From the NCBI GenBank assembly GCA_022813965.1, contig JALDZS010000027.1, forward strand, positions 62,001-126,000: DNA of 64,000 nucleotides, read 5' to 3'. This DNA is from Toensbergia leucococca. Taxonomy: Eukaryota. Position numbers and translations under genes: made by a program. Positions within the stretch are counted from its first letter, which is position 1. Every line of letters begins with the position of its first letter. Shown here piece by piece: positions 22,895-34,524 of this stretch. The notes beneath the pieces were generated by a model. The model was not told where the DNA came from. It made no database searches and worked only from the letters and a program-made list of their open reading frames with translations.

Positions 22895-25746
22895 ATGTCA
22901 ACTCAAAATGCTCAGGCGGAGTCTGCGGCAATAAGGGAGGAAGGAAATGTCTTTTATAAGCAAGGCAAGATCATTCAAGGTTTGTTTTTGGGTAATTTGC
23001 CGTTTGTGACCGTTTAGTTGATCAGGATGTTATCTTTAAGCTATCGAACTATACAGGAAAGCATCAGTAATTTCACCTGATGATTCTGTCCCATTCTCCA
23101 ATCTCTCGGCCGCCTATTTCGAGGTTGGTGATTATAGACAATGTATCGGCACGGCGAATCAAGCTATAAGATTAGGAAAAGATAAAAAAGACACCTTGTC
23201 TCAGAAGTTTTTGCCCCGTATACTAAAGTCATACATGCACACTCATCAATTTGACAATGCCCGCTCGAGCCTGGTCCAAGATAGTGGCCATTGGAAAGTT
23301 TACGGCCCGGCTCTAGACCAGGCTGACGCAATCTCAGCAGCATTGCCTGACAAGTCATTAACAAGAGCAAGGATCATCAAGGAATTGCCACGATACAAGC
23401 CGGCATTGTCAGTCGTTCCAAGTATACCTACTATAAGTTTAACTAATTAGCGTAGAAAAACGATCCCGGAGTACTATAATCAAGGCCACGACAGAGCCAA
23501 CTCGCTGTACGATGATTTGGTAGCGTCTTCTTCCTCGCCAGAAAATCAAGCTTGTTTCTTCTTTGGTGGTATCGGTGACGCCCGGCATCTATATGCTACC
23601 CTTATTAGCATTGCGAGATCTGAGCAAGCATCTAGCAGACCCAGTGATAGGAAGTATCATTTCACCGTCAATGACATCAAGGCGGAGACACTCGCTCGAA
23701 ACCTATTATTCTTTATTTTGCTGCAAGACGTTTCCGAAATTGACGACCCAACAAGCGAGGAATCAACCTTCAACCTGACTACAATCTTCTTCCTGTACTC
23801 TGATCAAATCATACCGCCTTATGTCTTTAGCCATCTACAAAGGATCATCATCAGAGCCATTTCTGCACTGAGCTCCCCTTCAGAGTTGCCGACATGGATC
23901 TACATTAATGAAGGCGATAAAGCATTGCTAATTGACGTCCTCGTCTCATGGCAGGGTCGAGCACTTCAGCTTTACAGCACTGCAGATGTGTTAGCCCTTA
24001 GCGTAAAGCGTGAATCAAATGCTACCGACGCACTCTTTGGGCTCACTAGCATGCTAGGCCCTGAAGGTGACGCGGCTCCAAAAGGTTGCGAAGGAGAACA
24101 GGCCAGCTATCTTGAGACTGGTATGCTCTATCCACCAGATACATTGTTGAGGAAACACGAAAGTTCCCTGAAGAAATCAATTATTAATTTCGAACGCTCG
24201 AGAGGAAGCACTCAGGCGAAGAAAATCCAGGACTACCTGAATTCAGAATGGAAAGTCAACGTTACGCTTCTAGACATTCATTTCGTGAGGCAGCAAGAGC
24301 ACGAGCTAGATATGACGCTCGAGCCATTCAACCTAACGGACCACTTTTACGCGCAGTCAGGATTGGAAAAGCCGTCAATCCAAAATGTCTGTATGATTAT
24401 GTGGCCCCGTTCTTTCTCGAGGTTGCAAAAGCGATCAAACAATTCAATGGCCGGATCGTTGTCGAAAAGGTCTGTGATGAGGTTGCTGAGATTGCGGAAC
24501 AGATACGATATGAATGTTTAGATCACCGAAAAAACAATCCAAATGCTCCCAGTCAGACTTCTTTACATTTCCCAATCAAATACGACCGGGTTCATCTAAG
24601 TAACATTCCGCAAGCCACTCCTAGAGTCTGCATCATATAATGGAAGCTGACCTGGAGCAGAGACTACGTGGGCAGCCATCTCACTTCGTTCCTCTATGCC
24701 ATTCCACTCACCAAGAGCAGCCCGTCTTCTTAGATCACTTCCAATTGCAAGCGTAACACGCCGCGCTGGGGTTCCATTCAACAATTCAACAATGAGTACC
24801 TTTTCATCAGCGACAAAGATACTTTGTTCAAGCTTACTCAAGTTAAGCTGGTCGGGAACCATACCAGTGGTGCTCCTACATACACCACTTCCTCCTTTTG
24901 GCCAATGTGCGATTACATTCGCTGGCAAAAAATCAAGGCAAAGCCCCATTCTTTCTCTCTGCTACTATCTCGACCAGCCCTCACCAAATGGCTCTACGCC
25001 TTGTTCTTGAAATTGGCAATTCCCTTCTATCGCCCGCCTGAAGATTGGATGCAACTCATCTACACACCTCTAAACCTCACTATCTTCCTTCGCCTCCTCA
25101 CACAATTGCGCGACATTGGTTACCCCTCACACTGGCTCACAGACATACTAGCAAACATCCTCGAGAATGATGTGGTTACCACAGCACGCCCCCCGGAAAC
25201 ATACCCCCTCAAAATCGACGAGGCTCACTCTGAACATCCCCTCAAAAGGTTCCAGGTGCGCCCTTTCATGCCCGAAATGCGCACTCTCACAACTATCTTC
25301 CAGCGCATCCTTCCCTTCTCGGTCATGACCTCCACCTTACCGCCTCCGAATAGAATTCATCATTACTCAGTCAGCCTCCCGAGCTTGCACGAGGAATCCG
25401 CGCAGCTCCCGGTCTTCGCCCTTGTCTTCCACCAAGGAAGGCGTCTCATACCGAGAGGTCCACTCCGGATCTGCGCTCCCGATTCATCAATCACGACTCG
25501 AGCAACAGCTTTGGCGACTTCCGTGATGGCGGGCTAGTGATGTGGACGACGTTCGAGTGGAAAGCTAAGACTGACACCGCTAGCTTATGGATGGACGAGG
25601 GCGTCGTGCAGCTAATGCAGCTAATGCAAGAAGCCGCTGAATGGTACATTTCGATACTAAGAACGGATAATTGGCGCCTTAGCCCTCGTCGCCCGGTGAG
25701 TGTGAGGGAGGGGTTGAAGAAGGGAAGGAAGTGGATCGAGGAGTGA
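22895..25746 (+). pseudogene. TPR + DUF4470-type protein, disabled (two frameshifts, one premature stop) or carrying assembly errors
   Basis: TPR IREEGNVFYKQGK...SNLSAAYFEVGDY; EYYNQGHD; FFGGIGDARHLYAT; YDRVHLSNIP|DYVG. Introns 22980-23040, 23408-23455 and GC-AG 24610-24660. Frameshifts near 24375 and 25450; TAG at 24731-24733. Confidence 0.8.
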
Positions 25747-26283
25747 GCATAGGGGTTGAGAAGATAGATTCTGCATCGCTGAAACCGAGCAAGCAAAGGA
25801 AGATGTTGTGGAGAGACCAAAGAAAAACGTCGTCAATTAATCTAACTCGATGGTAACGCCGACTTTTGTGCTCCTCACGCTCACCCATACCCTACGCTCG
25901 CCCCTCTCTCCCCTCACGAGTTAATGTATATTAGATATACAATCCCCCAACTACTTGGATCAATCTCACCCCGACCTAAAAAAAACTCAAAAAAAAAAAA
26001 TTCAATATCAAAAAAAGGTATCCCAATCCCAATCAAAACACAACACAACACAAAAAACCAGAAAAAAAACACGCAGCAAAGAAAGATCCCCACACTCCCC
26101 TTCTCCCCCATTCCTCATCCTCATCCCTCCCTCCTCAATCCTCCCCTCCCTCCCCCTTTCCCTTTCTCCCCCCCCTCCTTCGCTCCCTCATCCTCCCCTC
26201 CTCCACTCCCCCCTTCCTCACTCCCCCTCTCAAAAACCCACCAAACCCCCCCCCCCTCCTCCCAAATCCCCACCCCAACAAAA

Positions 26284-26621
26284 ATGGAAAAGACATACAA
26301 ATCTCAACATACAGCTTTCACGTGCGATGTCTGTGGGCGCAAAAGATACGCCCAAGACGAGAGGGAGGGGATGGTTGGTGGTTGGTGGTTGGTGGTTGGG
26401 GAGTTTTTGTGATCGTGGTGGTTTGGCGGGGTGGGGGGTTTTGGGGATGGAGAGGGGATGGGGGGAATTTTGGGAAGGGTGGAAAGGGTACGAGGTGGTT
26501 TCTTTGGGGGAGGACGGGGAGGGAAGGGGGTTAACGAGATGGGTATGTGCAGAGGCGGGGTGGGGTTTGTTCCTTGACCGTTTGGGCGAGATACAAGCAA
26601 GAGGTACGATTTAGATTGTAG
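26284..26621 (+). CDS. Candidate two-exon 52-aa microprotein with CxxC motif
   Basis: aaaATG context; exon 1 26284-26373, G-rich intron 26374-26552 (gttggt...ttaac...cag), exon 2 26553-26621. Product MEKTYKSQHTAFTCDVCGRKRYAQDEREGM|RRGGVCSLTVWARYKQEVRFRL*. Confidence 0.4.
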
Positions 26622-27191
26622 GTATTGTTGAAAACATGAATTGGAGTTTCAGACCGAAAAACTCTACATTTTCCAATCCTCCGGTATTTAGATATGCTTT
26701 GCGCCACGGAATTCCCTCTCAAAGCCTGAGACAAGACCCTCGATCCTCTGCAAAAACAGCTTTCCGACACACCCCCTTCGCGGCGCCCTGAGACGAGTCA
26801 CTCACGCAAACGCCGTCTGCCGTCCGTTCTATAGCTAGCATACAATATTAGTTTATTTCCGCCGTAAAAAGTATCAAGACACAGTAAAGAGGTAGGAAAG
26901 TAACAGTTTTTTCAGAGAGAAGATTATGCATTCGTCATGATCGCGCTTGGATCCCCCCCCAACAAATTGCTCCGAGCCTGATGGATAGAATGGAACTCAT
27001 TTGTGGGGTTAGCGGGAGCGTAAGTCGGACTAAGGATGACGATATTGGGTTTTCATCATTTGGAAGAGGAGGAATGACCTTGATTGGAAGGAGGTGGGTT
27101 TCTTACCGGAGCTGGGGAAGTGTGAGGGGTGTGAATCTTATAGTGGAATTGTTATTCGGGTGGGTATTCAAATGTTTTCTATTCCAATTGT

Positions 27192-28003
27192 TCAGGATCC
27201 GATGGTCGGCCACCAGATCTTGCGCCCTTCTACTGGAGTAGTTTTGGTGACTTCGACGGCGGGCGGAGTGGCTGAAGGAGGATCGTTGGTTTCCTGATCA
27301 TAGACGATTCGTTTCCGCCCGTAAGGGTCTACTGGCTCGTTCTTTGAGCTTTCCTTGGGTGCTTCCACGTTTGTAGATGTGTCGTTGCCGTAGTCCAGCA
27401 GTTCATCTGTAGTCATAGCCGAGTCGAGTTCTCTCACGTCTCGACGTAGAGTAGGTGCTCTGGTATGATTCTGAGAAAGGGTATCGTCAATACTCCTCTT
27501 CCTCTTGTTTTGCGCAGCTGCGGCGGCTATGTCCTTTTGCTCTTGCTCCAAGAAAGCAATATACTCTTCCTCATCGTCGTCCCCATTTTCAACCAACTCC
27601 TCCTCTTGCCCATTATGCGTTTCTGCGGCTGCTGGACTATTGCCCTCAGCTCCAACATCTGCGTCGGCATCATCATTCTCCTTCTGGACTTGGCGTTTTC
27701 GAAGTAATGCATATATCTCACTATGCCTGAACATGGCAATCTGCTCATCCGTCAAGGTTCGCTTAACACCGTCGGCATAATATCCAAGGCCATCTTCATC
27801 GCCATCGTATCCCCCATTGTGTACATCTTGCAAGTTGGAGCTATCAGGTCTAGGAAGACTTGATGGTAGTCCAAAGATTCGGCATTGGAAAGCAAGGAGG
27901 TCATACTGTTTCAACAAGGTATGTTAGTTCTGGAGTTAAAAGTCGATGTGGTGTGGTGGGTACGTACTGGAGTAACTGTTGGAAGATGCAGAGTAGATGT
28001 CAT
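27192..28003 (-). CDS. DUF3807-type conserved fungal protein
   Basis: DEDGLGYYADGVKRTLTDEQIAMFRHSEIYALLR; C-terminal RKIWWPTIG. Exon 1 28003-27968, intron 27967-27906. Confidence 0.85.
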
Positions 28004-28520
28004 GATATTGAGGTGGTAGTGCGTTGATGAAGTGAGAATAAGGTAGGAGCTGTGGCCTGATTGGTCAGAGCGATAGCCCTAAGCCAAGAGTGCCAAGCCC
28101 TCAGCACCTTCCCAATCCCAGCCTGCTCTCGTTGAGTTATTCTCTAGAATATCTCCGATTATGGAAACTATCAGCATCGACAATCAACCACTGATTAGAT
28201 TGTTTAGATAACTTTATTTTGTCCTGAGCTAATCACAAAGCAAATGGATGGTTACTCATACTTCCGACCCCAAAGGCCTTATTACAAAGCAAAATCCATG
28301 GCTAAGCAGCTAGCTACTATGGGGATGCAACCTCATGGCAAAGTCCATGGCCGTGGATATTTCCTGATATATAAATCTACATGGCTTGTCTTAAATCACA
28401 GAACCATCGACTTCATCTATTCTATCATCTAAACAACCAACTCTCAAGTCTAAGCGTGATTCAATTGGTTGTCTATTAGCCCTGATTGTCCTCTGACTAC
28501 TTTTTATACTTCTCGCTACC

Positions 28521-29735
28521 ATGCCTGGCGATCTTATTCTCGTACGAGACATCTCTGTTTATCTACCAATTTAATACTCTGCTCTCTGACACACGTACAG
28601 CTCACAGGCGGAACCGGCCATATCGGCTTCGCAACACTGAGCTATGCCCTCAACGCCGGCTACCATGTCCGCGCCTCCATCCGTCGTCCAGAGTCTGTCA
28701 AAGAGATGAAAGCGGCTCCCTCCATCCAGCCATTCTTGCAGAATCTCAGCTTTGTCACTGTCGAGGACATCACCAAAGATGGCGCCTTTGACGAAGCCTT
28801 GAAAGATGTTGTATACGTCATCCATCTTGCCTCTCCTCTCGCAAAAAATGTAAATCTATAAATGGTGTGAAGTTGTATGTGTGATCAGGGCTAATGTATC
28901 GTCATAGGCGGGAGATGATATGGAGAACAATGTAGTTCAACCAGCTATACGCGGGACCATGTCCATGCTTGAGTCAGCTCTCAAAGTACCAAGTGTAGAA
29001 CGCATTGTCATCACCTCCTCGGAAGCAGCTGTTATTCCAGTAATGGCGATGGCTGGAAAACCTACTGACGAGGTTTTTGATCGTAGGCTTTGACATTCTT
29101 AGTCAGAAGTCTTTTCCCGACTAATACTTGCATAAGAAAATTCCGTCGTTCCCAAACCTTCCGGTCCATATCCGAATCCTTTTGCAGCATACATAGCTTC
29201 GAAAGTCTTGAGTCTCCACGCCACCCAAGACTTCATGAAAGAAAAATCCCCATCTTTCACAGTCATCAACATCATGCCCTCTTTCGTGTGGGGCAAGAAC
29301 GAGTTGGCAACCACCCCGAAAGCGGCAGTCTCAGGCAGCAACGCTCGCGTTCTAGAACCGCTCTTGGGAGTAAAGAGTCCAATGGGGCTACCAGGCACTA
29401 CTGTGCACATTGATGACGTGGCAATGCTCCATGTCGAGGCGCTGAATCCGAAACTCCAAGGAAATCAAGACTTCACGGCTAATTCTGAGGGGATTGAGGG
29501 TTTGGAATGGAACGATGTTCCGGAAATTGTGGCGCGAAAGTTCCCAGAAGCGGTCAAGAGCGGCATCTTGCCACTTGGGGGGAGTCAGCCAACACTGCGG
29601 TTGAAGTACGACGCAAGTCATACCGAAAAGGTATTTGATTTTAAGTTCAAGGGTTTGGAGGAGCAGGTCACTAATGTTGCTGGATGGTATATTGAATTGG
29701 TCGAGAAGGAAAAAATGGGACAAGCTAAGGCTTAG
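28521..29735 (+). CDS. NAD(P)-dependent epimerase/dehydratase family, aldehyde reductase II / GRE2-like
   Basis: MPGDLIL|LTGGTGHIG, VIHLASPL, RIVITSS, YIASK. Introns 28542-28600, 28850-28907, 29083-29136. Confidence 0.92.
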
Positions 29736-29779
29736 ATGGAAAAACAGGAAATACCGCGATTTCTAATTTTCTCGGAATG

Positions 29780-30500
29780 AGATTACGTAGAATATGTAGA
29801 GCTTGTTAGACTGAAAATAAAGACAATCTCACGCCTGATACTGTACGAGTACCTCCCCTTAAGTGATTTGATTTTGAATAAAATTTCCCGTGTTTGAGTT
29901 CAATAAGACTGTTTATCCACAAGGAATGTGCATGAAATTTCAAAAAGGATACCTATTTTTCAACTTGCATCTATTCAAGCAACAGTCTCAAACCTCTGAA
30001 AGTCTTTGAGACATTTAATGCATTGAAGCTTCTTTTTCCCTTGAATACATTCACACCTATCTGAAAAGACTATGTTTTGTTGTCCCTTTTCTGATAAAAG
30101 ATCTGGGCTGAGCTTTCAGAGTCAATTTGTGATGAATGAGAACATGAATTAGAATGTGAACCTAGAGGGACGTGATAAAGGGATGAGACAGTGTCTACAA
30201 GGTGAGGAAGCTGAAAGGCAAGATAAGTGTGAAGGAGTGAGAGCAGATGATGAACTCTTTCAGGCCTTTAAAATTGTAATTGATTTTCAGTGCAGTAAGT
30301 AGAGGAGCTCAAGGAGATTAGTGACACGTAATAGCACGATTTGGTGCAAAACCGAGGTCTTTCTCATCTGATGTTGTGCCTAGCTACTCCGTAAGGCTGT
30401 GAAGGATGAGATTTTGATTTTCAAAAAGAAGTGTCAGTGTACTGAGAAGAATGAAGCTCAGTGTAAAGTTATGGATAAATAATAAGAGGATAGTGAAATC
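29780..30500. repeat. AT-rich, CpG-poor decayed sequence, probable mutated repeat relic
   Basis: TCA/TGA-rich, few CG, no ORF; same texture as the decayed transposon interior at 46.7-47.7 kb. No family recognised. Confidence 0.5.
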
Positions 30501-30661
30501 CCCCCATGACGTTTTTAGTGGGGCCCAGATTTGCATAACAACCCCACCACTCGCCGACTCTCCTTTCTCTTTGTCAAGGTTAGTCGCACTCCCACATCTA
30601 CCCTTCGCAGCAAACCACTAATGTTTACAGAAGGCCAGCATTGGATCTTCAATCTTCCGCA

Positions 30662-32260
30662 ATGGCTGCCACCGTCATTTTGGGCTCTCAATTTGGCGAC
30701 GAAGGAAAAGGGAAGCTGGTTGATGTACTACTACAAAGTGAAGCCTATTCGATCACAGCGCGGTGCAATGGTAATTCGCCTACCATCCCAAATGTCTCCA
30801 GCTAATCTTTGCCCAGGCGGCTCAAACGCTGGCCACGAGATAAATCGAAATGGAACCTCTTATTCCTTCCACTGCCTACCATCAGGCTTATTATCTCCAA
30901 ACACCAAGAACCTTATCGGCAGTGGAACTGTTGTCCACGTCCCTCAATTCTTTAAAGAGCTGAAGAAGCTGCAAGAGCAAGGTATCAAGACCGACGGCCG
31001 CATTTTCATCTCCGACAGAGCCCATGTCCTGTTCGACCTACATAAACGAATTGATGGGCTCGAGGAAAAAGCGCTCGGAGGGGCAAAGATTGGAACGACT
31101 GGCAATGGTATAGGTCCTTGTTATAGCTCCAAGGCCGCACGTAGCGGCGTGCGCATGGCCGACATGCTGGACAAGCCAAGCTTCGATCAGCGACTACGCC
31201 AATTGGCTCGTTCGAAAAAGAACGAGTTTGGAGATCTCCTAGACTACGATGTTGAAAAGGAAATTCGGGAGTTTGATGAGACCTACAGGGAACAAGTGAG
31301 GCCATTCATCGTCGATGGTGTGGATATGATTTGCACAGCACAAGAGGAAGACAGGCATGTCTTAGTTGAAGGAGCCAACGCCTTGATGTTGGATATAGGT
31401 AAGCATACCTACTCCTTCGAAAGCGGCAAAGACTAAGCGCCTCAGACCAAGGCACATGGCCCTTTCTGACCAGCAGGTTCTTCTCTCCTTGACGTTGAGT
31501 CTAGGCTATCAACTGACCCTTCTTCATCCTTCTAGCTCAACAGGTATCGCTGGTGTCTTCGTCGGCTTAGGTGGATTACAACCGCAGAGTCTGACCACTC
31601 GAATCGGCGTCGTCAAAGCATATACGACTGTAAGCACCAAATCAGATTCCTTTCATGCTGATCAACGCTGACAGCCATGAAGAGAGTGGGCTCAGGTCCC
31701 CTTCCATCCGAAGACATTGAAGCCGCAGGCACAGAACTTCAGCAGCGCGGCCACGAATACGGTCAGAATTACCACAACGTCCCCTATACAGCCCCAAGAT
31801 CATCACTAAGAAACTCACAGGAACCACCACAGGCCGGAAACGTCGCTGTGGCCACCTTGACATGGTTATCCTCCGCCACTCCCACTGCATAAACCACTAC
31901 ACGCACCTCAACCTCACCAAACTCGACATCTTAGACTCCTTTCCTGAAATAAAAGTCGCCGTCGCCTACCACAGCAAAAACGACAATGGCACAATAACCA
32001 CCTATAGGAAACACTTCCCGGCCGATTTGCGCGGGCTGGACGGCGATCGCTTGCGGGTCGAATACAAGACTTTGAGCGGCTGGATGACGGATATCACGGC
32101 TTGCAGGACATGGGAGGAGTTGCCGGAGCAGGCGAAGGAGTATGTGGGGTTTGTGGCGAGGGATTTGAAGGTTCCGATCAAGTGGATTGGAGTGGGACCG
32201 GCGAGCGATGCGATGATTGTGGTGCCGGATGACGCCATTGCGAGGATTTTGGGGGATTAA
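30662..32260 (+). CDS. ADE12: Adenylosuccinate synthetase (divergent)
   Basis: QFGDEGKGK, GGSNAGH, LPSG, ISDRAH, IGTTGNGIGPCY, VEGANALMLDI, VVKAYTT|RVGSGP, TTGRKRRCG, LTKLDILD, WIGVGP; five short introns (first 30771-30816). Confidence 0.95.
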
Positions 32261-32759
32261 GAGATGGTGGAGGTGTTGTTTTTCTTTTGGAAAAAAACAA
32301 GCTTTTATTTGGCGGGCGTGTAGGGTTGGGGCACTTGAGTTTTCGTGAATGTATGCTAGGTAGATGGAAGTAGAAGGAAAACAATGAATGTAGAGCACAT
32401 CTTTGTGTGCGTGTGTTTGTTTTTTAAACGAGAAAGGAGAGAGAGTCTGGGCTTTCCTCAAAGAAGAAAAGATTTATACGGGAAATCCATCTTCTGAAAG
32501 TCAAGATATCAAGGGGTGTTCATGCACACAAAGAGAATCCAAGGGTCGGTCTGTTGGTCCGCAGTTTGACAATGCGGTGTGACATACCTACGATACGAGT
32601 AACTCACAAAATCATCTATTCAATATGGAGCTCCCCCATCCAAGACTTAAACCCCCCCTTTCCTCCCCCTCCCCCTTTCAAATCGTCGGACACACAGAGA
32701 AAAAAAAATAAACAAACACATTCTCATTATCCTCACACCGGTTATCCACAAAAAAAAAA

Positions 32760-33325
32760 GTAAAGAAAAGTTGGAATTTCAGGAGGGCACTTTACTGATG
32801 TGATTTTATTTTTATTTTCTTTTATTACTTTTGATGGTTTTTCTTTACAGATTTGGCAGACTTCATGCTGAAGAACAGACTTAAGTTTTTTTCAATGTGT
32901 AAAGAATATAAGAATTGTGTTTTGTTCAAGAAGTTGCTAGGGTCATAATCTCATATTAGGTTCAATTTCTAATGAAACCGATACAATGGTGTAGTGAGTT
33001 TTGTATTCTCTTCAAGAGAGTGTGTGTAGAGTGTCTGTCTTTGTGTGAGCTGATTTTATGAAAGATTAGAAGAGAGTACTGATTGAAAAATCTTTTGAGA
33101 GTTAGAGAGTGAGATGTTTGTAAGGTGAAGACGGAGTGTAAGAGTGTTGTGAATGAGAGTGAGTATTGTTATGAGATGATGATTTTTGTTTGATTATGCA
33201 AGGGTGATGTTTTTTGATATTCTGTCACTCTTTTTTTCTTTGAAGGGTTTTGAGGTGATTGTATTAGATTTTGAGTCTCACCTTCTCAATTTGATTTCAA
33301 AGAGGTCTTGTTTGAACAAATTGAG
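32760..33325. repeat. AT-rich, CpG-poor decayed sequence, probable mutated repeat relic
   Basis: TGA/GAG/T-rich, almost no CG, stops in all frames; sharp return to normal composition near 33325. Confidence 0.5.
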
Positions 33326-34524
33326 TGAGCCATCATGTTGGTTCTAATACTCTCGGAAAAAGATCCGTCTCCACACGCGCCTTTTTCCGCGCAGTAGTGT
33401 GGCAACGTTCTTGCTTGTCGTGTGAGCTTTGTATACATCTAGGCTGCCAGGCTGCTCGGTATTCGAGTAGAATAGCTACATGTCTTGAGTGCCTCGATCC
33501 ATGGTTCCAGCGTTTTCATTCGCAAGGATTCCGAGGAGACTTTGATGGGAGTTCGCGGTCGAGCGAGCTGCTCAGTATGACACGTGCTACTACACGGCGT
33601 AAATTGGAGCTACCCGAGACGATAGTTTGGCTACCTTACTCTTGGGGGACTGGGGAGTACTCTAGATCAATACCTTAGCGTCTTACCATCTCGAAAGGGA
33701 TTCATGACCCAATTCGCTCTGCTAAAGCAGGTTTCCAATCCTTTAACCGTATGAAAATCATTGGATGTCTAGGGGGATTTACGCCACCCAAGCTAAGGTT
33801 TCTGTCATACGAACAACTCTGTATGCTGGCAGGGAGTTGTAGAATACCGTGCGACGTGGAAAATCATAAATCTTTTTGCTGTTCATTCTGTCGCTGTCAG
33901 TAGAATTGTTTTTAGGTTGGGGAGTTTGATGTCGTGACTTGGACGGGCATGATGGATTTCATTTTTCCGCCCCTTCTCCATGAATGACAATGCCAATCAA
34001 CGCCCTCCTTCATGCCATCCTGCAGCCGATCCGCTGCTAGGCCTTGACAAGTATGCGCCGTCTCATAGGCCATTGGCCTAGTCGGTTTCACAACCATGGC
34101 AATCTAACGCTCGATCCTGATGCTTTGCTTCCCTCGATGAAGTCACCATCACTCATGTGGCCTGTCATCGAGAAGCCCCATCTTCCAGCCCCCCGGCTGC
34201 CATCGACGATGAATCCCCGTCACCAGCCACTTGTTCCAGTTACCATTGGTCATCGAAGCCTCGACCTCATGAACTCTGACGCAATCATCCAATCTGCTTG
34301 CTGGCGCCACGGTAACCACCGAAAGAAGGAAAGAAGGATAATCCTGCTTTGCAGCCACAATGAGGCACTCCCCCCTAAACGCGTCCGACTCGTCGTATGA
34401 TGTAATCCTAGGGTCTTTTCCTCCTTTCGCCAGCCATTTATTATTATTATTGCAGTAGACCCCGGATCCCCCAATTTCCCCATAGAACCTATTTGCTATC
34501 TGCTTGTCAATAGTATAACTGTTT

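Noticed and set aside
30662..32260. PurZ (2-aminoadenine pathway) identity
   Set aside because: The catalytic Asp in GDEGKG is retained, the gene has normal fungal introns, and no partner genes are nearby.
15629..32260. Secondary-metabolite gene cluster (methyltransferase + reductase + purine enzyme)
   Set aside because: No backbone synthase, pathway regulator or efflux pump; genes are interspersed with unrelated conserved genes.
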